From the IMG/VR virus record IMGVR_UViG_3300025392_000002: 64,000 bases of DNA; one strand, 5' to 3'. This document shows positions 9,350 to 20,095 of the stretch, one piece after another. Made by a program: the position numbers and the translations under genes. The stretch is from a virus (lineage: Duplodnaviria > Caudoviricetes). The stretch's first letter is position 1. Each line of letters starts with the position of its first letter. Below the pieces are notes generated by a model. It was given only the letters and a program-made list of their open reading frames with translations. It was not told where the DNA came from and ran no database searches.

Positions 9350-11878
9350 ATGAACACGAATTTAGATAAAATTGCTTTAGATCTCTACGGAAAGATTGAA
9401 ACCCGCTTTAAAAACATTAAAATGGGCGACGAACACGGCGAAGTTTTAAGCAAAAAAACAGATATTCCAAAAGCTCGTTTCTTTGAATTTGAATACAAAG
9501 AAGAAGGTGAGCGTTTAGGAACTATAGCAATTACTCTAGATGAGGACGACGGGATTATAGTAGAAATCAGCGGAGACTTAGCTGACAGTCGTCATCGTGG
9601 TGCGTTTAAATTTATCCGTAGTTTTAGACAATTTGCAAAAAATCGTTTATTAAACTTTGATGTACAAAACATTGGTAAAGATAATTTAGACAAACGAGAT
9701 TACGAATTTAAAGCAAAACCCAAGGAAGAAACGATGTCCCCAATAATGGAAAATAAATTGTATGGTAACGCTCGCATGAGTTACCAGGATTTAGGCGAAG
9801 CTAGATTAATTGTTAAACATAGTCAGCCTATCAACACTGAACTAGCTGCCGGACGTAGTATGCATATTGAAAGCATTTATGTTGAAAATGCAGACGGTGA
9901 ACGTTTCAAATATCCTTACAAGCATTTGAATGGTGCTCGCGCTCTTGCTGAACACATCAAGGCCGGTGGTAATCCTTATGATAGTATTGGACAATATATC
10001 AGTAGTCTAAGCGAAGAGCTAGTACAGTTACGTAAATTTAAAAGCTATGTTGGCCGCAATGACACATTGTCAGAAGCAATGGACGATATTAACACACAGG
10101 TAGCAGAACGCATCGAGGCAGTTAAAAAAGAAGTCAGTAGTTTACAGCGTCCAGCATACTATCAATCATTTGCAGAGTCATTCGAAGCAAATGAATCTCA
10201 AGATATTCCAGAAGAAATACTAAATGACTGGATTGATCGTTTGACAATCCGCACATTCAACGAAGATTTAAAAACAGCGTTTCCATATATCTATCGCCTA
10301 GTAGGCGAAGCTGGTGTTCCAGTTGTAGGACTAAGCCCAGACGACTTGTTAGATGAAGAACGTACTGAAACTAAAAATGAAAAAGGCGAAGTTGTTAGTT
10401 GGAAGGATGAAAGTGATTGGCGCCCAGTGTCAGGTAAAAATGGCCGTGGTAAGGTTACTAATCTAAGTGACAAGGCTCGTCGTGAAACAGAAAAATTATC
10501 TAAAAAAGTAAAAGAAGAAATTGCTTTAGAAAATTTCTTTGATAGCTTAATGGAATCCGATGACGAATACGGCAATGGCGTTTTTGATGAAAATCCAAAG
10601 GTTAAGAAAGATGCTATACAAGCTCTAAACGATACTTTCAAAGGTGAATTTACAGCTGGCATGGGCGGGATTAATTTAGACAAACTAACTAAACTAGTAC
10701 CAGATCCAATGTTTATACAAAAGATTGAAGAATTAAAACAAACAACTAAAGACAGTTCAGATAAAGATGTTACTGCGGCTATTGAATACATTATGGGCGA
10801 AGTTGCATTAGATAATGACGAACTTGCTGAAATTTTAGAAAACGGTATGATTGATTTTAATGGTAGTGGAGATGATGTAGGTGGCGAAGAACCAATAGAA
10901 CCACCAGCAGATATTGCACCTCCTGCTCCTGCGGCACCTCCTGCTCCAGCACCAGATGCATCAGCGGCTCCTGCTCCCGAAGCTGTACCTCCAACACCTG
11001 CACCAGTTGCAGAAGATACAGGAAGTGCAAGCCCATTAAGCAGAAGTCCACTTAGCAAAATTAAGGCTAAATTAATTCAGGCTAAAGAGTGTGGAGCAAC
11101 ATTAGAAACAGTAATGGACTTTGGACACAAAGCAATGACATTGCATGATGCAATGCGTGAATGTGGTATTGATCCAAGAGAGTGTGGCTTTGAAGATGAC
11201 GATGTTTTCCAACAAATGAAAGATCTTGCCAGCGGTTTCTATAATAGAGGCGAGCATAATACTACTATTGGACCAACACGTATTTTAATTAAAGCAGCCA
11301 AGGAATTTCCAGGCCATTTCGACGAGGAAACTGGAGAACCAATATCACAAGAAGCAGTTGATTTTGCAGAGTTTGTCAATAAACTTGATCCTATGACTCC
11401 TGCTCCAAATTCTCCTGCTCCAAAACACGGTGATTTAGATCGTATTAAACATCTAGCAGGTGTTGGACATAATATAGATGAAACTCCAGAAGAAGATGAT
11501 TTTTCTGGGATGATGAAACAATTCATGGACAAGCATCAAGGCACCGACATTAATCAGATGTTAGCTAGTTTTGCCAAAGCAAATCCAGATGCTAAAATCA
11601 CACAATCGAATACAAGTTCAGGCACTATCAATGGTAAGCCAGCTAGTTACGATGATGCTATGAATCAATTTAAAAATATGAAACTTAAATTTGGAGATCA
11701 AGAAATTGATCCTAGCAATCCGCAGGCAATGCAAGGGCAAATTGGGAATATGATGAAAGGTATGATGAGCAAGGTGCAAGGGCAAGCGCCTAATCAATCT
11801 GTTCAGTTTCCCGGCGGACAAATGAATCCAGCTGACATGATGAAGGATATCATGGGTAAAATTAACTTTGGAAATTAA
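9350..11878 (+). CDS. Large hypothetical late protein with Pro/Ala-rich linker
   Basis: 842-aa ORF; TAAATA at 9340; PAPAAPP low-complexity region. Confidence 0.65.
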   Translation: MNTNLDKIALDLYGKIETRFKNIKMGDEHGEVLSKKTDIPKARFFEFEYKEEGERLGTIAITLDEDDGIIVEISGDLADSRHRGAFKFIRSFRQFAKNRLLNFDVQNIGKDNLDKRDYEFKAKPKEETMSPIMENKLYGNARMSYQDLGEARLIVKHSQPINTELAAGRSMHIESIYVENADGERFKYPYKHLNGARALAEHIKAGGNPYDSIGQYISSLSEELVQLRKFKSYVGRNDTLSEAMDDINTQVAERIEAVKKEVSSLQRPAYYQSFAESFEANESQDIPEEILNDWIDRLTIRTFNEDLKTAFPYIYRLVGEAGVPVVGLSPDDLLDEERTETKNEKGEVVSWKDESDWRPVSGKNGRGKVTNLSDKARRETEKLSKKVKEEIALENFFDSLMESDDEYGNGVFDENPKVKKDAIQALNDTFKGEFTAGMGGINLDKLTKLVPDPMFIQKIEELKQTTKDSSDKDVTAAIEYIMGEVALDNDELAEILENGMIDFNGSGDDVGGEEPIEPPADIAPPAPAAPPAPAPDASAAPAPEAVPPTPAPVAEDTGSASPLSRSPLSKIKAKLIQAKECGATLETVMDFGHKAMTLHDAMRECGIDPRECGFEDDDVFQQMKDLASGFYNRGEHNTTIGPTRILIKAAKEFPGHFDEETGEPISQEAVDFAEFVNKLDPMTPAPNSPAPKHGDLDRIKHLAGVGHNIDETPEEDDFSGMMKQFMDKHQGTDINQMLASFAKANPDAKITQSNTSSGTINGKPASYDDAMNQFKNMKLKFGDQEIDPSNPQAMQGQIGNMMKGMMSKVQGQAPNQSVQFPGGQMNPADMMKDIMGKINFGN

Positions 11879-11879
11879 T

Positions 11880-13274
11880 ATGAAAAAAATTAATGAATCA
11901 CAACTTATCGAACAAGCTCGCAGTTTAAGGGCATATTTGTCAGATGCCGCAGTAACTAGTACTGACGGCACACCGGTTACTTCTGGAGACGGTACTTTAC
12001 AAGCCGGTAAAGGTACTCCAGCAACTGCGCCAGCACCCGCGGCAACAACAGGTGAAGATCCAGCTTCTGTTATTGCAAAGTATACAGATCATCCTGAACT
12101 ACCTGCATATATTGATAGTAAAGATGGCCAAGTTAAATGGATCGATAATGACACTAAACAACCTAGAGTTATGCCGACTAGTTGGATTCAAAAATATGCT
12201 CCAGATTTAGCCAAGGCAATATCTGCTCAAGGTCAAGGCGGCCAGAACTATGGTGCCGCACAACAAGGCAACTTCCTTGGCTTTAAATATGACAACGGTA
12301 CTAAAGTTAATACAGCACAGGCTACAGGTGACGTTGCCGCTAACAAAGATATCGCTCAAGCTAAAGCAGATACTGAGCAGTTAAAACAATTGGTGGCAAA
12401 ATTACAAGCTATGAATGGTGGGCCTGCACCTGCTCAAGGTGCAAAGACACCGGCAGCTCCTCAAGCGGCAGTTCCAGGTGTAACAGCTGATGGAAAAGTC
12501 ATAGACACTCGTGGCGGCATTGCTGGAAAAGACGAAATGGAAGAAAGTACAACTTATTTTTTAAACAAATTAAGAATGATGGAAGCAGATGCGGCTCATC
12601 CTGGAAATCCAACTGATTGGGCAAACGGAATTAACCCTCCAGTTGATTGGGTGAAAGATCCAGCAACTGGAAAATATAGCGCACCGGCGGCAGCACCTGG
12701 AACAAATACATCATTTTCTGACAGAGAAGCACTGGTAAAACAAATTACTGATCTTCAAGGTAAAATTACTCAAGCCTACGGCGGCGAAACTGTTCCTCCT
12801 GAAGTTAGTGCAGTATACGATGATGCGGCTAAAGCATTACAACAAGCACAAACAGTATCAAATCAAGCAACTGCGGCTCCTCCAAGTGAAGTAAGTACGG
12901 CGCAAGGTGCAAAAACTCCCGAGGCGCCTAAGGCCTGGGCAAAAGGTGTACTAGGTGCAGGTAGCAAAGGTCCTGAAGTTAATGCGTTACAAAAACAATT
13001 AGGTGTTCCAGAAACTGGAGTATTTGATGCCGCAACTAAGGCCGCAGTTATTAAGAAACAAACTGAATTAAAGGTTAAACCAGACGGTGCATGGGGTCCT
13101 GCAAGCCAAGCCGCTATGTCTGCTGCCGCAAAAGCATCAGCACCGGCCGCAAATCAAGGTGGAAAGCCAGTAGTAAAACAAGAGGCTGAACCTGAATTTA
13201 GTATGCCATTAGAATCTGTAACCTACGGTGAAGACCAGAGTTTGGCAAGAATTATTCAACTAGCTAGAAAATAA
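11880..13274 (+). CDS. Ala/Pro-rich protein with C-terminal peptidoglycan-binding (PG_binding_1-like) domain
   Basis: LGAGSKGPEVNALQKQLG...TGVFDAATKAAV...DGAWGPAS. Confidence 0.7.
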   Translation: MKKINESQLIEQARSLRAYLSDAAVTSTDGTPVTSGDGTLQAGKGTPATAPAPAATTGEDPASVIAKYTDHPELPAYIDSKDGQVKWIDNDTKQPRVMPTSWIQKYAPDLAKAISAQGQGGQNYGAAQQGNFLGFKYDNGTKVNTAQATGDVAANKDIAQAKADTEQLKQLVAKLQAMNGGPAPAQGAKTPAAPQAAVPGVTADGKVIDTRGGIAGKDEMEESTTYFLNKLRMMEADAAHPGNPTDWANGINPPVDWVKDPATGKYSAPAAAPGTNTSFSDREALVKQITDLQGKITQAYGGETVPPEVSAVYDDAAKALQQAQTVSNQATAAPPSEVSTAQGAKTPEAPKAWAKGVLGAGSKGPEVNALQKQLGVPETGVFDAATKAAVIKKQTELKVKPDGAWGPASQAAMSAAAKASAPAANQGGKPVVKQEAEPEFSMPLESVTYGEDQSLARIIQLARK

Positions 13275-13310
13275 TCGAGTAAAATACTCAGATTTAGAGC
13301 AAGATTTCTC

Positions 13311-13356
13311 TTGCAAACATAAATAAAAGTGCGTATACTTAGGTATATGCACTTTT
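13311..13356 (+). promoter_or_regulatory. Composite promoter for gp32: sigma70 (TTGCAA-17-TATACT) with nested TAAATA and a hairpin over the -10
   Basis: -35 at 13311-16, -10 at 13334-39, TAAATA at 13320, inverted repeat 13325-38/13343-56. Confidence 0.6.
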
Positions 13357-13416
13357 TGTTTTACAGGGTGTAAAACATACAGGCAAAAAACAAAGGCATA
13401 TTTAAGGAGAACAATT

Positions 13417-14400
13417 ATGGCAACTTTGGCTGAAATTAGAGCAAAATTAAAGGCATCCGAATCAAAAGGATCAGATAGTAACAGAACAGGCGGTGATAAA
13501 TCGATTTATCCGTTCTGGAATCTTAAAGAAGGTGGCGAATCCGTTCTGCGATTCTTACCAGATGGTAACACCGACAACACTTTTTTCTGGGTAGAACGTG
13601 CAATGATCAAATTGCCATTTGCTGGAATCAAAGGTGAATCAGAAAGCAAACCAATCACAGTACAAGTACCATGCGTAGAAATGTATGGCGACACTTGCCC
13701 AATCTTGGCAGAAGTACGTGGATGGTTTAAAGACCCAGCGTTAGAAGACATGGGTCGTAAATACTGGAAAAAGCGTTCTTACATTTTCCAAGGTTTCGTT
13801 GCAGAAGACGGACTTGGAGAAAAAGCTGAAGAACAACCAGAAAATCCAATTCGTCGTTTCATCATTGGGCCTCAAATCTTTACATCAATTCGTGCGGCCT
13901 TGGTCGATCCAGAATTGGAAGATTTGCCAACTGACTACGTACATGGCTTAGACTATCGTATGAAGAAAGGTAGCAAAGGCGGATATGCTGACTACTCAAC
14001 ATCTAGTTGGGCACGTCGTGAGCGTCCACTAAGCGATGCTGAACAAGCGGCAATCAAGACACATGGCTTGTATAACTTATCAGACTTCTTGCCTAAGAAG
14101 CCAACTGAAGTCGAGTTGAAAGTTATGAAGGAAATGTTTGAAGCATCAGTCGACGGTGAACCATATGATATGGATCGTTGGGGACAATATTTCAAACCAG
14201 CCGGTATGTCACAAAATACAGGCGATCCTAACAAGGCAACTCCTAAAGTAAGTGCTCCAGTAGCACAAGATGACGGCGATGACGAGCCAGCACCTGTAGC
14301 AAAAGCTACACCTGCTCCAGCACCAAAAGCTGAAGCAACCGCAGGTGGTGATTCACGTGCCCAAGACATCTTGGCAATGATTCGTAATCGTCAGAAGTAA
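13417..14400 (+). CDS. gp32: Single-stranded DNA-binding protein (gp32-like)
   Basis: LRFLPDG, CPIL, YWKKRSY, GYADYSTS pattern and acidic/Ala-rich tail. Confidence 0.85.
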   Translation: MATLAEIRAKLKASESKGSDSNRTGGDKSIYPFWNLKEGGESVLRFLPDGNTDNTFFWVERAMIKLPFAGIKGESESKPITVQVPCVEMYGDTCPILAEVRGWFKDPALEDMGRKYWKKRSYIFQGFVAEDGLGEKAEEQPENPIRRFIIGPQIFTSIRAALVDPELEDLPTDYVHGLDYRMKKGSKGGYADYSTSSWARRERPLSDAEQAAIKTHGLYNLSDFLPKKPTEVELKVMKEMFEASVDGEPYDMDRWGQYFKPAGMSQNTGDPNKATPKVSAPVAQDDGDDEPAPVAKATPAPAPKAEATAGGDSRAQDILAMIRNRQK

Positions 14401-14407
14401 TAAGCAA

Positions 14408-14423
14408 GGGGACTTCGGTCCCC
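14408..14423 (+). terminator. UUCG hairpin between gp32 and uvsX (stabiliser or weak terminator)
   Basis: GGGGAC-TTCG-GTCCCC; no long T-tract. Confidence 0.55.
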
Positions 14424-14447
14424 TACATCATTTAGGAGAATTAACTT

Positions 14448-15503
14448 ATGGCAACTAAGGCTTTTGATCTAAGTAAATTTAGAAAAACTTTGACCAAGTC
14501 TATTGATGGACTTGGCGTAGGATTTAACGATCCTACAGATTGGGTTAGTACAGGCAATTATACGCTTAACTATCTAATCAGTGGCGATTTCCACAAAGGA
14601 ATCCCGCTAGGTAAAGTTACTGTGTTTGCAGGCGAATCTGGTGCAGGAAAAAGTTTTATCTGCTCAGGTAACCTAGTACGCAATGCGCAGGCACAAGGCA
14701 TTTATGTTATCTTAATTGATAGCGAAAATGCACTTGATGAAAGTTGGTTACACGCATTAGGTGTGGACACTAGCGAAGAAAAACTTCTTAAACTCAACAT
14801 GGCTATGATTGATGATGTGGCTAAAACTATCCACGAATTCATGAAAGAGTACAAAGAAATGGCAGAACGCCCTAAGGTCTTATTTGTCATAGACTCATTG
14901 GGTATGTTGCTTACCCCTACCGATATCAACCAGTTTGAAGCGGGAGATCTAAAGGGCGACATGGGTCGTAAACCTAAGGCACTTACAGCTCTAGTGCGTA
15001 ATTGTGTTAATATGTTTGGATCTTATAATGTCGGAATGGTATGTACTAACCATACATACGCTAGTCAAGATATGTTTGATCCTGATGACAAGATTTCAGG
15101 CGGACAAGGATTTGTCTACGCAAGTAGTATTGTTGTTGCTATGAAAAAACTCAAACTCAAAGAGGACGAGGATGGCAATAAGGTGTCGGACGTAATGGGT
15201 ATTCGTGCTAGTTGCAAAATTATGAAGACTCGTTATAGCAAGCCTTTTGAAACTGTGCAGATTAAGATCCCATATGAAACAGGTATGAATCCTTATAGCG
15301 GTATGGTCGATATGCTAGAGAAACAAGGCATATTAAAACAAGAAGGCAACAGATTAAAGTATGTTGATCCGACTACTGGCGAGGAATTCAAATTCTACCG
15401 AAAAGAATGGAAAGATGATAAATTAGATATGATAATGAACAATTATCACATTAAACCTTTAACAACTACTATTCCCGAGGAGACTGAAGAGAATGTTGAA
15501 TGA
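14448..15503 (+). CDS. uvsX: RecA-like recombinase UvsX
   Basis: Walker A GESGAGKS, IDSENALD, VIDSLGML, SGGQGFVY. Confidence 0.93.
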   Translation: MATKAFDLSKFRKTLTKSIDGLGVGFNDPTDWVSTGNYTLNYLISGDFHKGIPLGKVTVFAGESGAGKSFICSGNLVRNAQAQGIYVILIDSENALDESWLHALGVDTSEEKLLKLNMAMIDDVAKTIHEFMKEYKEMAERPKVLFVIDSLGMLLTPTDINQFEAGDLKGDMGRKPKALTALVRNCVNMFGSYNVGMVCTNHTYASQDMFDPDDKISGGQGFVYASSIVVAMKKLKLKEDEDGNKVSDVMGIRASCKIMKTRYSKPFETVQIKIPYETGMNPYSGMVDMLEKQGILKQEGNRLKYVDPTTGEEFKFYRKEWKDDKLDMIMNNYHIKPLTTTIPEETEENVE

Positions 15504-15741
15504 AACTCAAATAGGCGACGTCTGGTTGCTGTTCGCAGATTATATTGACAAAAAAGTTATCGATAGTGTAGCAGAACGCTATGTAGAACTATTAGCAGAC
15601 TTTGGAGTTACTGATCGTATACTGAACGGTGCTACCGGAATTGATGGTGCATTAGACAGTGCAATCGAGTACTACCTCGACGAGGAAAGTGACGAAGACG
15701 AAATCGACGACGACTATAACGAAGAAGAAGAGGATTATTAA
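15493..15741 (+). CDS. Small acidic hypothetical protein
   Basis: 82-aa ORF overlapping both neighbours, D/E-rich tail. Confidence 0.65.
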   Translation: MLNETQIGDVWLLFADYIDKKVIDSVAERYVELLADFGVTDRILNGATGIDGALDSAIEYYLDEESDEDEIDDDYNEEEEDY

Positions 15742-16196
15742 TGGGTTGGTATTCTAATATTGCCAAAGACATTAGCAACATTCCAGATGCTGTGCTATAT
15801 TTTGAAGCAGAACTAGTAGAGGCTCGTAAAGAGGTTAAACTCTACGGTAATGTAGAAAAAGCCAGTGCGGCATTACCTGGAGTTGTTGAACATCGATTTG
15901 GGCAACTTCAAGAAATTGAAGCAATATTGGAATATCTTAATATTGAATTGCGTCGACTAAAAAGTAGTCACTTTCGAAAATACTTAGAAAGTTATCAACG
16001 TGCTCTGAGCAGTAGAGATTGTGAAAAGTTTGTTGAAGGAGAAGCAGATGTTATTGACTTTGAAAAAATCATCAATGAATTTGCTTTACTTAGAAACAAA
16101 TGGTTAGGAATTACTAAAGGACTAGACCAGAAACAATGGCAAATTACTAATATTGTAAAATTGCGTATTGCTGGTATGGAAGACGCTAGTATTTGA
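15741..16196 (+). CDS. uvsY: Recombination mediator UvsY-like
   Basis: Coiled-coil 151-aa protein after uvsX with C-terminal KGLDQKQWQITNIVKLRIAG. Confidence 0.7.
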   Translation: MGWYSNIAKDISNIPDAVLYFEAELVEARKEVKLYGNVEKASAALPGVVEHRFGQLQEIEAILEYLNIELRRLKSSHFRKYLESYQRALSSRDCEKFVEGEADVIDFEKIINEFALLRNKWLGITKGLDQKQWQITNIVKLRIAGMEDASI

Positions 16197-16220
16197 TCAA
16201 TTCGCCCAATCTCGAGACCG

Positions 16221-16253
16221 TAGGCCTTAAATAATATTGAGGCCTATTTTTTT
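16221..16253 (+). terminator. Rho-independent terminator
   Basis: TAGGCCTTAA...TTGAGGCCTA followed by a T-tract. Confidence 0.75.
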
Positions 16254-16261
16254 CTAAGAGG

Positions 16262-16290
16262 TTGACCTTTGAAACAAGTTAGTTTATACT
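16262..16290 (+). promoter_or_regulatory. Sigma70 promoter giving a probably leaderless mRNA
   Basis: TTGACC-17-TATACT, ATG 6 nt downstream, no SD. Confidence 0.7.
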
Positions 16291-16296
16291 TACTAT

Positions 16297-17499
16297 ATGA
16301 TAACAGTTGATGACCTACTAATAAAAATTGTAAACAATTCTTCGCCCACAATTGAAGAATTAATCAGTGCCAAAGATGCTAGGGTACTACGCAGTCTAGC
16401 ATCTTCTATTGGCAGTAATTTTTTTATAACAGAAAATCAATCAAGACTACTGATTAAAATTCTACGTGAAAATACTAAAAAAATAACAATTTTTTCTGAA
16501 GAACTTGTAGATAGTTTATCTAGTCCAATCTGGTCTAAAAAGTTTAGACAAATAGAACAAGTAAAAAAATTGTTTATTGACAACGACACTGATGGTGATT
16601 TAGTCTTAGTAATTGAATTTACATACAGTTCACAGTTCCGTAAAATTTTACAAGAAATAACAAAAAAATGTGAAAATTTAGTCAACGTAATCCCTGGAAA
16701 AAAGTATACTGCTGACCTCACTGAAGCTAATTTAGTAACACTTGTGGACGCACTCGAACCATTAGAGTTTGAAATTAGTGAAACAATTAAGAAACATTAC
16801 GAGACTATCAAGACTTGGTCCGAACAAGAAATTAAAGATCAGTTTTTACTTACACGTATCGAACATAAGAATTTTATCAAGGCCATTACTGCTGATCTTG
16901 GTATTGAGACAACAATCGATCAAAATATTATCAATGATCGAAGTATGCGTTATCAGTATTTTACAGAAAATGCAAAAAATCACGGAGAAACACTTGTTGA
17001 AGTGATTGCTAACAGATCAAAAAATCGTGTATGGATTGATAAGAACCAACACTCGCTAACGGATGTAATATCAAGTGTATTATCTTTACGTAGAGCACCT
17101 ATTCTGGTTGTGTTCAATGATTTGGCAAATAGTAAACATTGTGAATATTTAGAATTATTGTCAACTGCGCTCGATAATAATAATGTAACTGATGGAGTAG
17201 GAATTTATTTTAGACTACCCAATGACGATGCTGGACGTAAGTTTAATACACTGGTAGCAGACAAGCAGTACAACCAAAAAATGGACGAAAACTTACAAGT
17301 TGCTGGAGTGTTAAGTGGGAAAATTCCTAAGTTTTTCTTAACTAATCCTTGGAAGCCTATGAGTGTAATAACTTTAGATAACCGAATGGGTATGCGTCAT
17401 GGTAAGACTGCGGTATACAGTAATTGCTGTGATTGTATAATTGAATGGGCAGAAGAATCTGCAATGCAAGATCAAAGGATAGGTAATCCATGGCGGTAA
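16297..17499 (+). CDS. Hypothetical protein
   Basis: 400-aa ORF overlapping the start of the helicase gene. Confidence 0.7.
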   Translation: MITVDDLLIKIVNNSSPTIEELISAKDARVLRSLASSIGSNFFITENQSRLLIKILRENTKKITIFSEELVDSLSSPIWSKKFRQIEQVKKLFIDNDTDGDLVLVIEFTYSSQFRKILQEITKKCENLVNVIPGKKYTADLTEANLVTLVDALEPLEFEISETIKKHYETIKTWSEQEIKDQFLLTRIEHKNFIKAITADLGIETTIDQNIINDRSMRYQYFTENAKNHGETLVEVIANRSKNRVWIDKNQHSLTDVISSVLSLRRAPILVVFNDLANSKHCEYLELLSTALDNNNVTDGVGIYFRLPNDDAGRKFNTLVADKQYNQKMDENLQVAGVLSGKIPKFFLTNPWKPMSVITLDNRMGMRHGKTAVYSNCCDCIIEWAEESAMQDQRIGNPWR

Positions 17500-18959
17500 A
17501 ATTAGTAATTCGTGACGAAGTTAATATCAAGTTTGAAAACTTGAGTTTAGACGCACGAAAGAAATTAGCCAACACCTTTAAGTACGAGGATCCAACTGCA
17601 CGGTATCGTCCAGCATATAAACTTGGTCGATGGGATGGAAAAGTGAGTATGTTTGGTCTGGGCGGAAATGGCTATCTAAGCCAGCTAGAAAAGTGTCTTG
17701 GCATACTTTCTGATATGGATATTGACATTGCCGAACTTGAAGATCTACGCACTACTAGTAAGATTGAATTTATAGAAGTTACAAATAATTACTGGGCAGA
17801 CATGGGCAAAGTGTGGCCCGCTGGACATAGATTTGCTGGACAGCCTATTGTACTACGTGATGATCAAGTTGAGGTTGTAAACAGATTTTTCACCAATACG
17901 CAAGCCTTGCAAGAAGTTGCCACTGGTGCTGGCAAAACTATTATGACAGCAACATTGGCTCATTGTGCTGAAAAATATGGACGTACAATTACTATTGTTC
18001 CTAATAAAGATCTTGTTACACAAACTGAAGAAGATTTTAAAAACGTTGGGTTAGATGTCGGTGTTTACTATGGAGATCGCAAGGATCTCAACAAGACACA
18101 TACCATTTGTACATGGCAGAGTCTTAACATTCTCGATAAGAAAAGTAAGAACTGGAGCGAAGATCTTGCGTATACACTAGCAGAATTCCTTGACGGTGTT
18201 AAGACTGTTATTGTTGACGAAGTACATATGGCCAAAGCAGAAGTTCTTAAAAATTTGCTTACACAGAATTTATGTAATGCTCCAATTCGCTGGGGACTAA
18301 CTGGTACAGTTCCTAAAGATGCATTTGAAGCAGAACCTATTTTTGCCAGCATTGGCCCGGTTGTTGGGGGTATCAAAGCACATGAACTACAAGAAATGGG
18401 TGTGCTTAGTAACTTACATGTCAATGTACTACAACTCATAGACTTACCAGAATTTAAAACATATCAAGAAGAATTAAAGTATCTTGTTACTAATAAAGAC
18501 AGGATGACATATTTTAGCAAATTAATTAAAGGCTTATCAGAGACAGGCAATACATTGATCCTAGTCAATAGGATCGATACAGGCAAACTACTAACAGAAA
18601 TGATTGAAGGCGCTGTGTTTATTTCAGGCGAAGTAAAAGGAACCAAACGTGCAGAAGAATATAAAGAACACGCTACAAACGATAATAAGGTTACTATCGC
18701 GACTTTCGGAGTTGCGGCTGTTGGAATTAATATTCCTCGTATCTTTAACTTGGTATTGCTGGAGCCTGGCAAGTCGTTTGTCAGAGTTATTCAGTCAATA
18801 GGACGAGGAATTCGTAAAGCAGAAGACAAAGACTTTGTACAAATTTGGGACATAACTTCAACTTGTAAATTTGCAAAACGCCACCTCACAACGAGGAAAA
18901 AATATTACAAGGATGCCAAATATCCATTTACATTACAAAAAGTGGACTGGCAAAAATAA
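17490..18959 (+). CDS. uvsW: SF2 DNA helicase UvsW-like
   Basis: ATGAGKT, VDEVH, GLTGT, QSIGRGIR helicase motifs. Confidence 0.92.
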   Translation: MAVKLVIRDEVNIKFENLSLDARKKLANTFKYEDPTARYRPAYKLGRWDGKVSMFGLGGNGYLSQLEKCLGILSDMDIDIAELEDLRTTSKIEFIEVTNNYWADMGKVWPAGHRFAGQPIVLRDDQVEVVNRFFTNTQALQEVATGAGKTIMTATLAHCAEKYGRTITIVPNKDLVTQTEEDFKNVGLDVGVYYGDRKDLNKTHTICTWQSLNILDKKSKNWSEDLAYTLAEFLDGVKTVIVDEVHMAKAEVLKNLLTQNLCNAPIRWGLTGTVPKDAFEAEPIFASIGPVVGGIKAHELQEMGVLSNLHVNVLQLIDLPEFKTYQEELKYLVTNKDRMTYFSKLIKGLSETGNTLILVNRIDTGKLLTEMIEGAVFISGEVKGTKRAEEYKEHATNDNKVTIATFGVAAVGINIPRIFNLVLLEPGKSFVRVIQSIGRGIRKAEDKDFVQIWDITSTCKFAKRHLTTRKKYYKDAKYPFTLQKVDWQK

Positions 18960-18965
18960 GGAATC

Positions 18966-19472
18966 ATGCAGATATTAACATTAGATAACAAGACATTTTC
19001 ATTAAACAATTTACCGGACGAAGTCGACGAAAATACGCGATTTGCAGTACTAGATAATAGTACACCTGCCGATCCAGACTTTTTCTTTATGCCACTTATA
19101 TTCCTGGAAAGTTTCAATGCTCCAGCAATGGTATTAAGGATTGGGGAGGATGAAATTGCTATGCCTATAGATTGGTGTATTGCCGTAGGAGATAGTACTA
19201 GTGCTTGCGATATAGAAATTTTACCGCTTACTAGTTTAAATGACCGTGGATTCGAAGCATTGTGTTTTAATCCGTTAAGTAGTTTTAGGGTTGAGTTTAA
19301 AAAGATCGAAATCGTTAATTTTTACAATGATGTTAAATGGTATTTTCCTAAAATGAAAAATGGCCAATTACTAGCAACGCCAACACATGGCGGAGACAAA
19401 CCTAATTGTGCATATTTTGTTAAAGAAATATCAAAACAAAACGAAATAATTCAGTTGGATAAAATATTATGA
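18966..19472 (+). CDS. Hypothetical protein
   Basis: 168-aa ORF with SD AAGGA. Confidence 0.7.
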   Translation: MQILTLDNKTFSLNNLPDEVDENTRFAVLDNSTPADPDFFFMPLIFLESFNAPAMVLRIGEDEIAMPIDWCIAVGDSTSACDIEILPLTSLNDRGFEALCFNPLSSFRVEFKKIEIVNFYNDVKWYFPKMKNGQLLATPTHGGDKPNCAYFVKEISKQNEIIQLDKIL

Positions 19473-20095
19473 GTTTAAAAGTTGCATATTTTCAACCTGT
19501 AGTGTTGGCCATCGATACAGTATCTCCTGTAGAATTTAGTAAAATTTATAGCCTTGCTGAAAACCTGCATAGTCATCCAGAATTGAATGATGCCGACAAT
19601 CCACTGATTAGCATACGTGGTGGGCAACAAATTCAAGTATATCCTAACACCCCGGGGATAAATGTCGACTGGTTAATAAATTATTTTGAAACAGTTTGCC
19701 AGGGATATTTAGAACTTGTAATAGCACAAAGCGGTACAGAGGATTTAAAATTTTGTAAACCAAAAGTTACAAGCATTTGGACCATACGTCAATACGAAGG
19801 CGACTATCAAGAGATGCATAGTCATCCTGGCGGGCATATAAGCGGAAATGTATATATTAGTGCTCCAGAGTTACTGGACAATCGAAAGCCATCCGATAGT
19901 CAAATTTTATTTAGATTACCACAAACTAAAGATGTTAGTAAATTTATAATGAATGATACGTGGAAATACGATCCTACGCCTGGCAGTATTATAATATTTC
20001 CAAGTCATCTACCTCATACTGTTTATCCTTGGAAAGGACAAGGCCATAGGACTGTTATGGCATTTGATGCAGTACTAGTACCAAAGGAAGAATAA
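19469..20095 (+). CDS. 2OG-Fe(II) oxygenase
   Basis: YQEMHSHP..ISGNVYI, PGSIIIFPSHLPHTVYP, RTVMAFD. Confidence 0.8.
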   Translation: MSLKVAYFQPVVLAIDTVSPVEFSKIYSLAENLHSHPELNDADNPLISIRGGQQIQVYPNTPGINVDWLINYFETVCQGYLELVIAQSGTEDLKFCKPKVTSIWTIRQYEGDYQEMHSHPGGHISGNVYISAPELLDNRKPSDSQILFRLPQTKDVSKFIMNDTWKYDPTPGSIIIFPSHLPHTVYPWKGQGHRTVMAFDAVLVPKEE

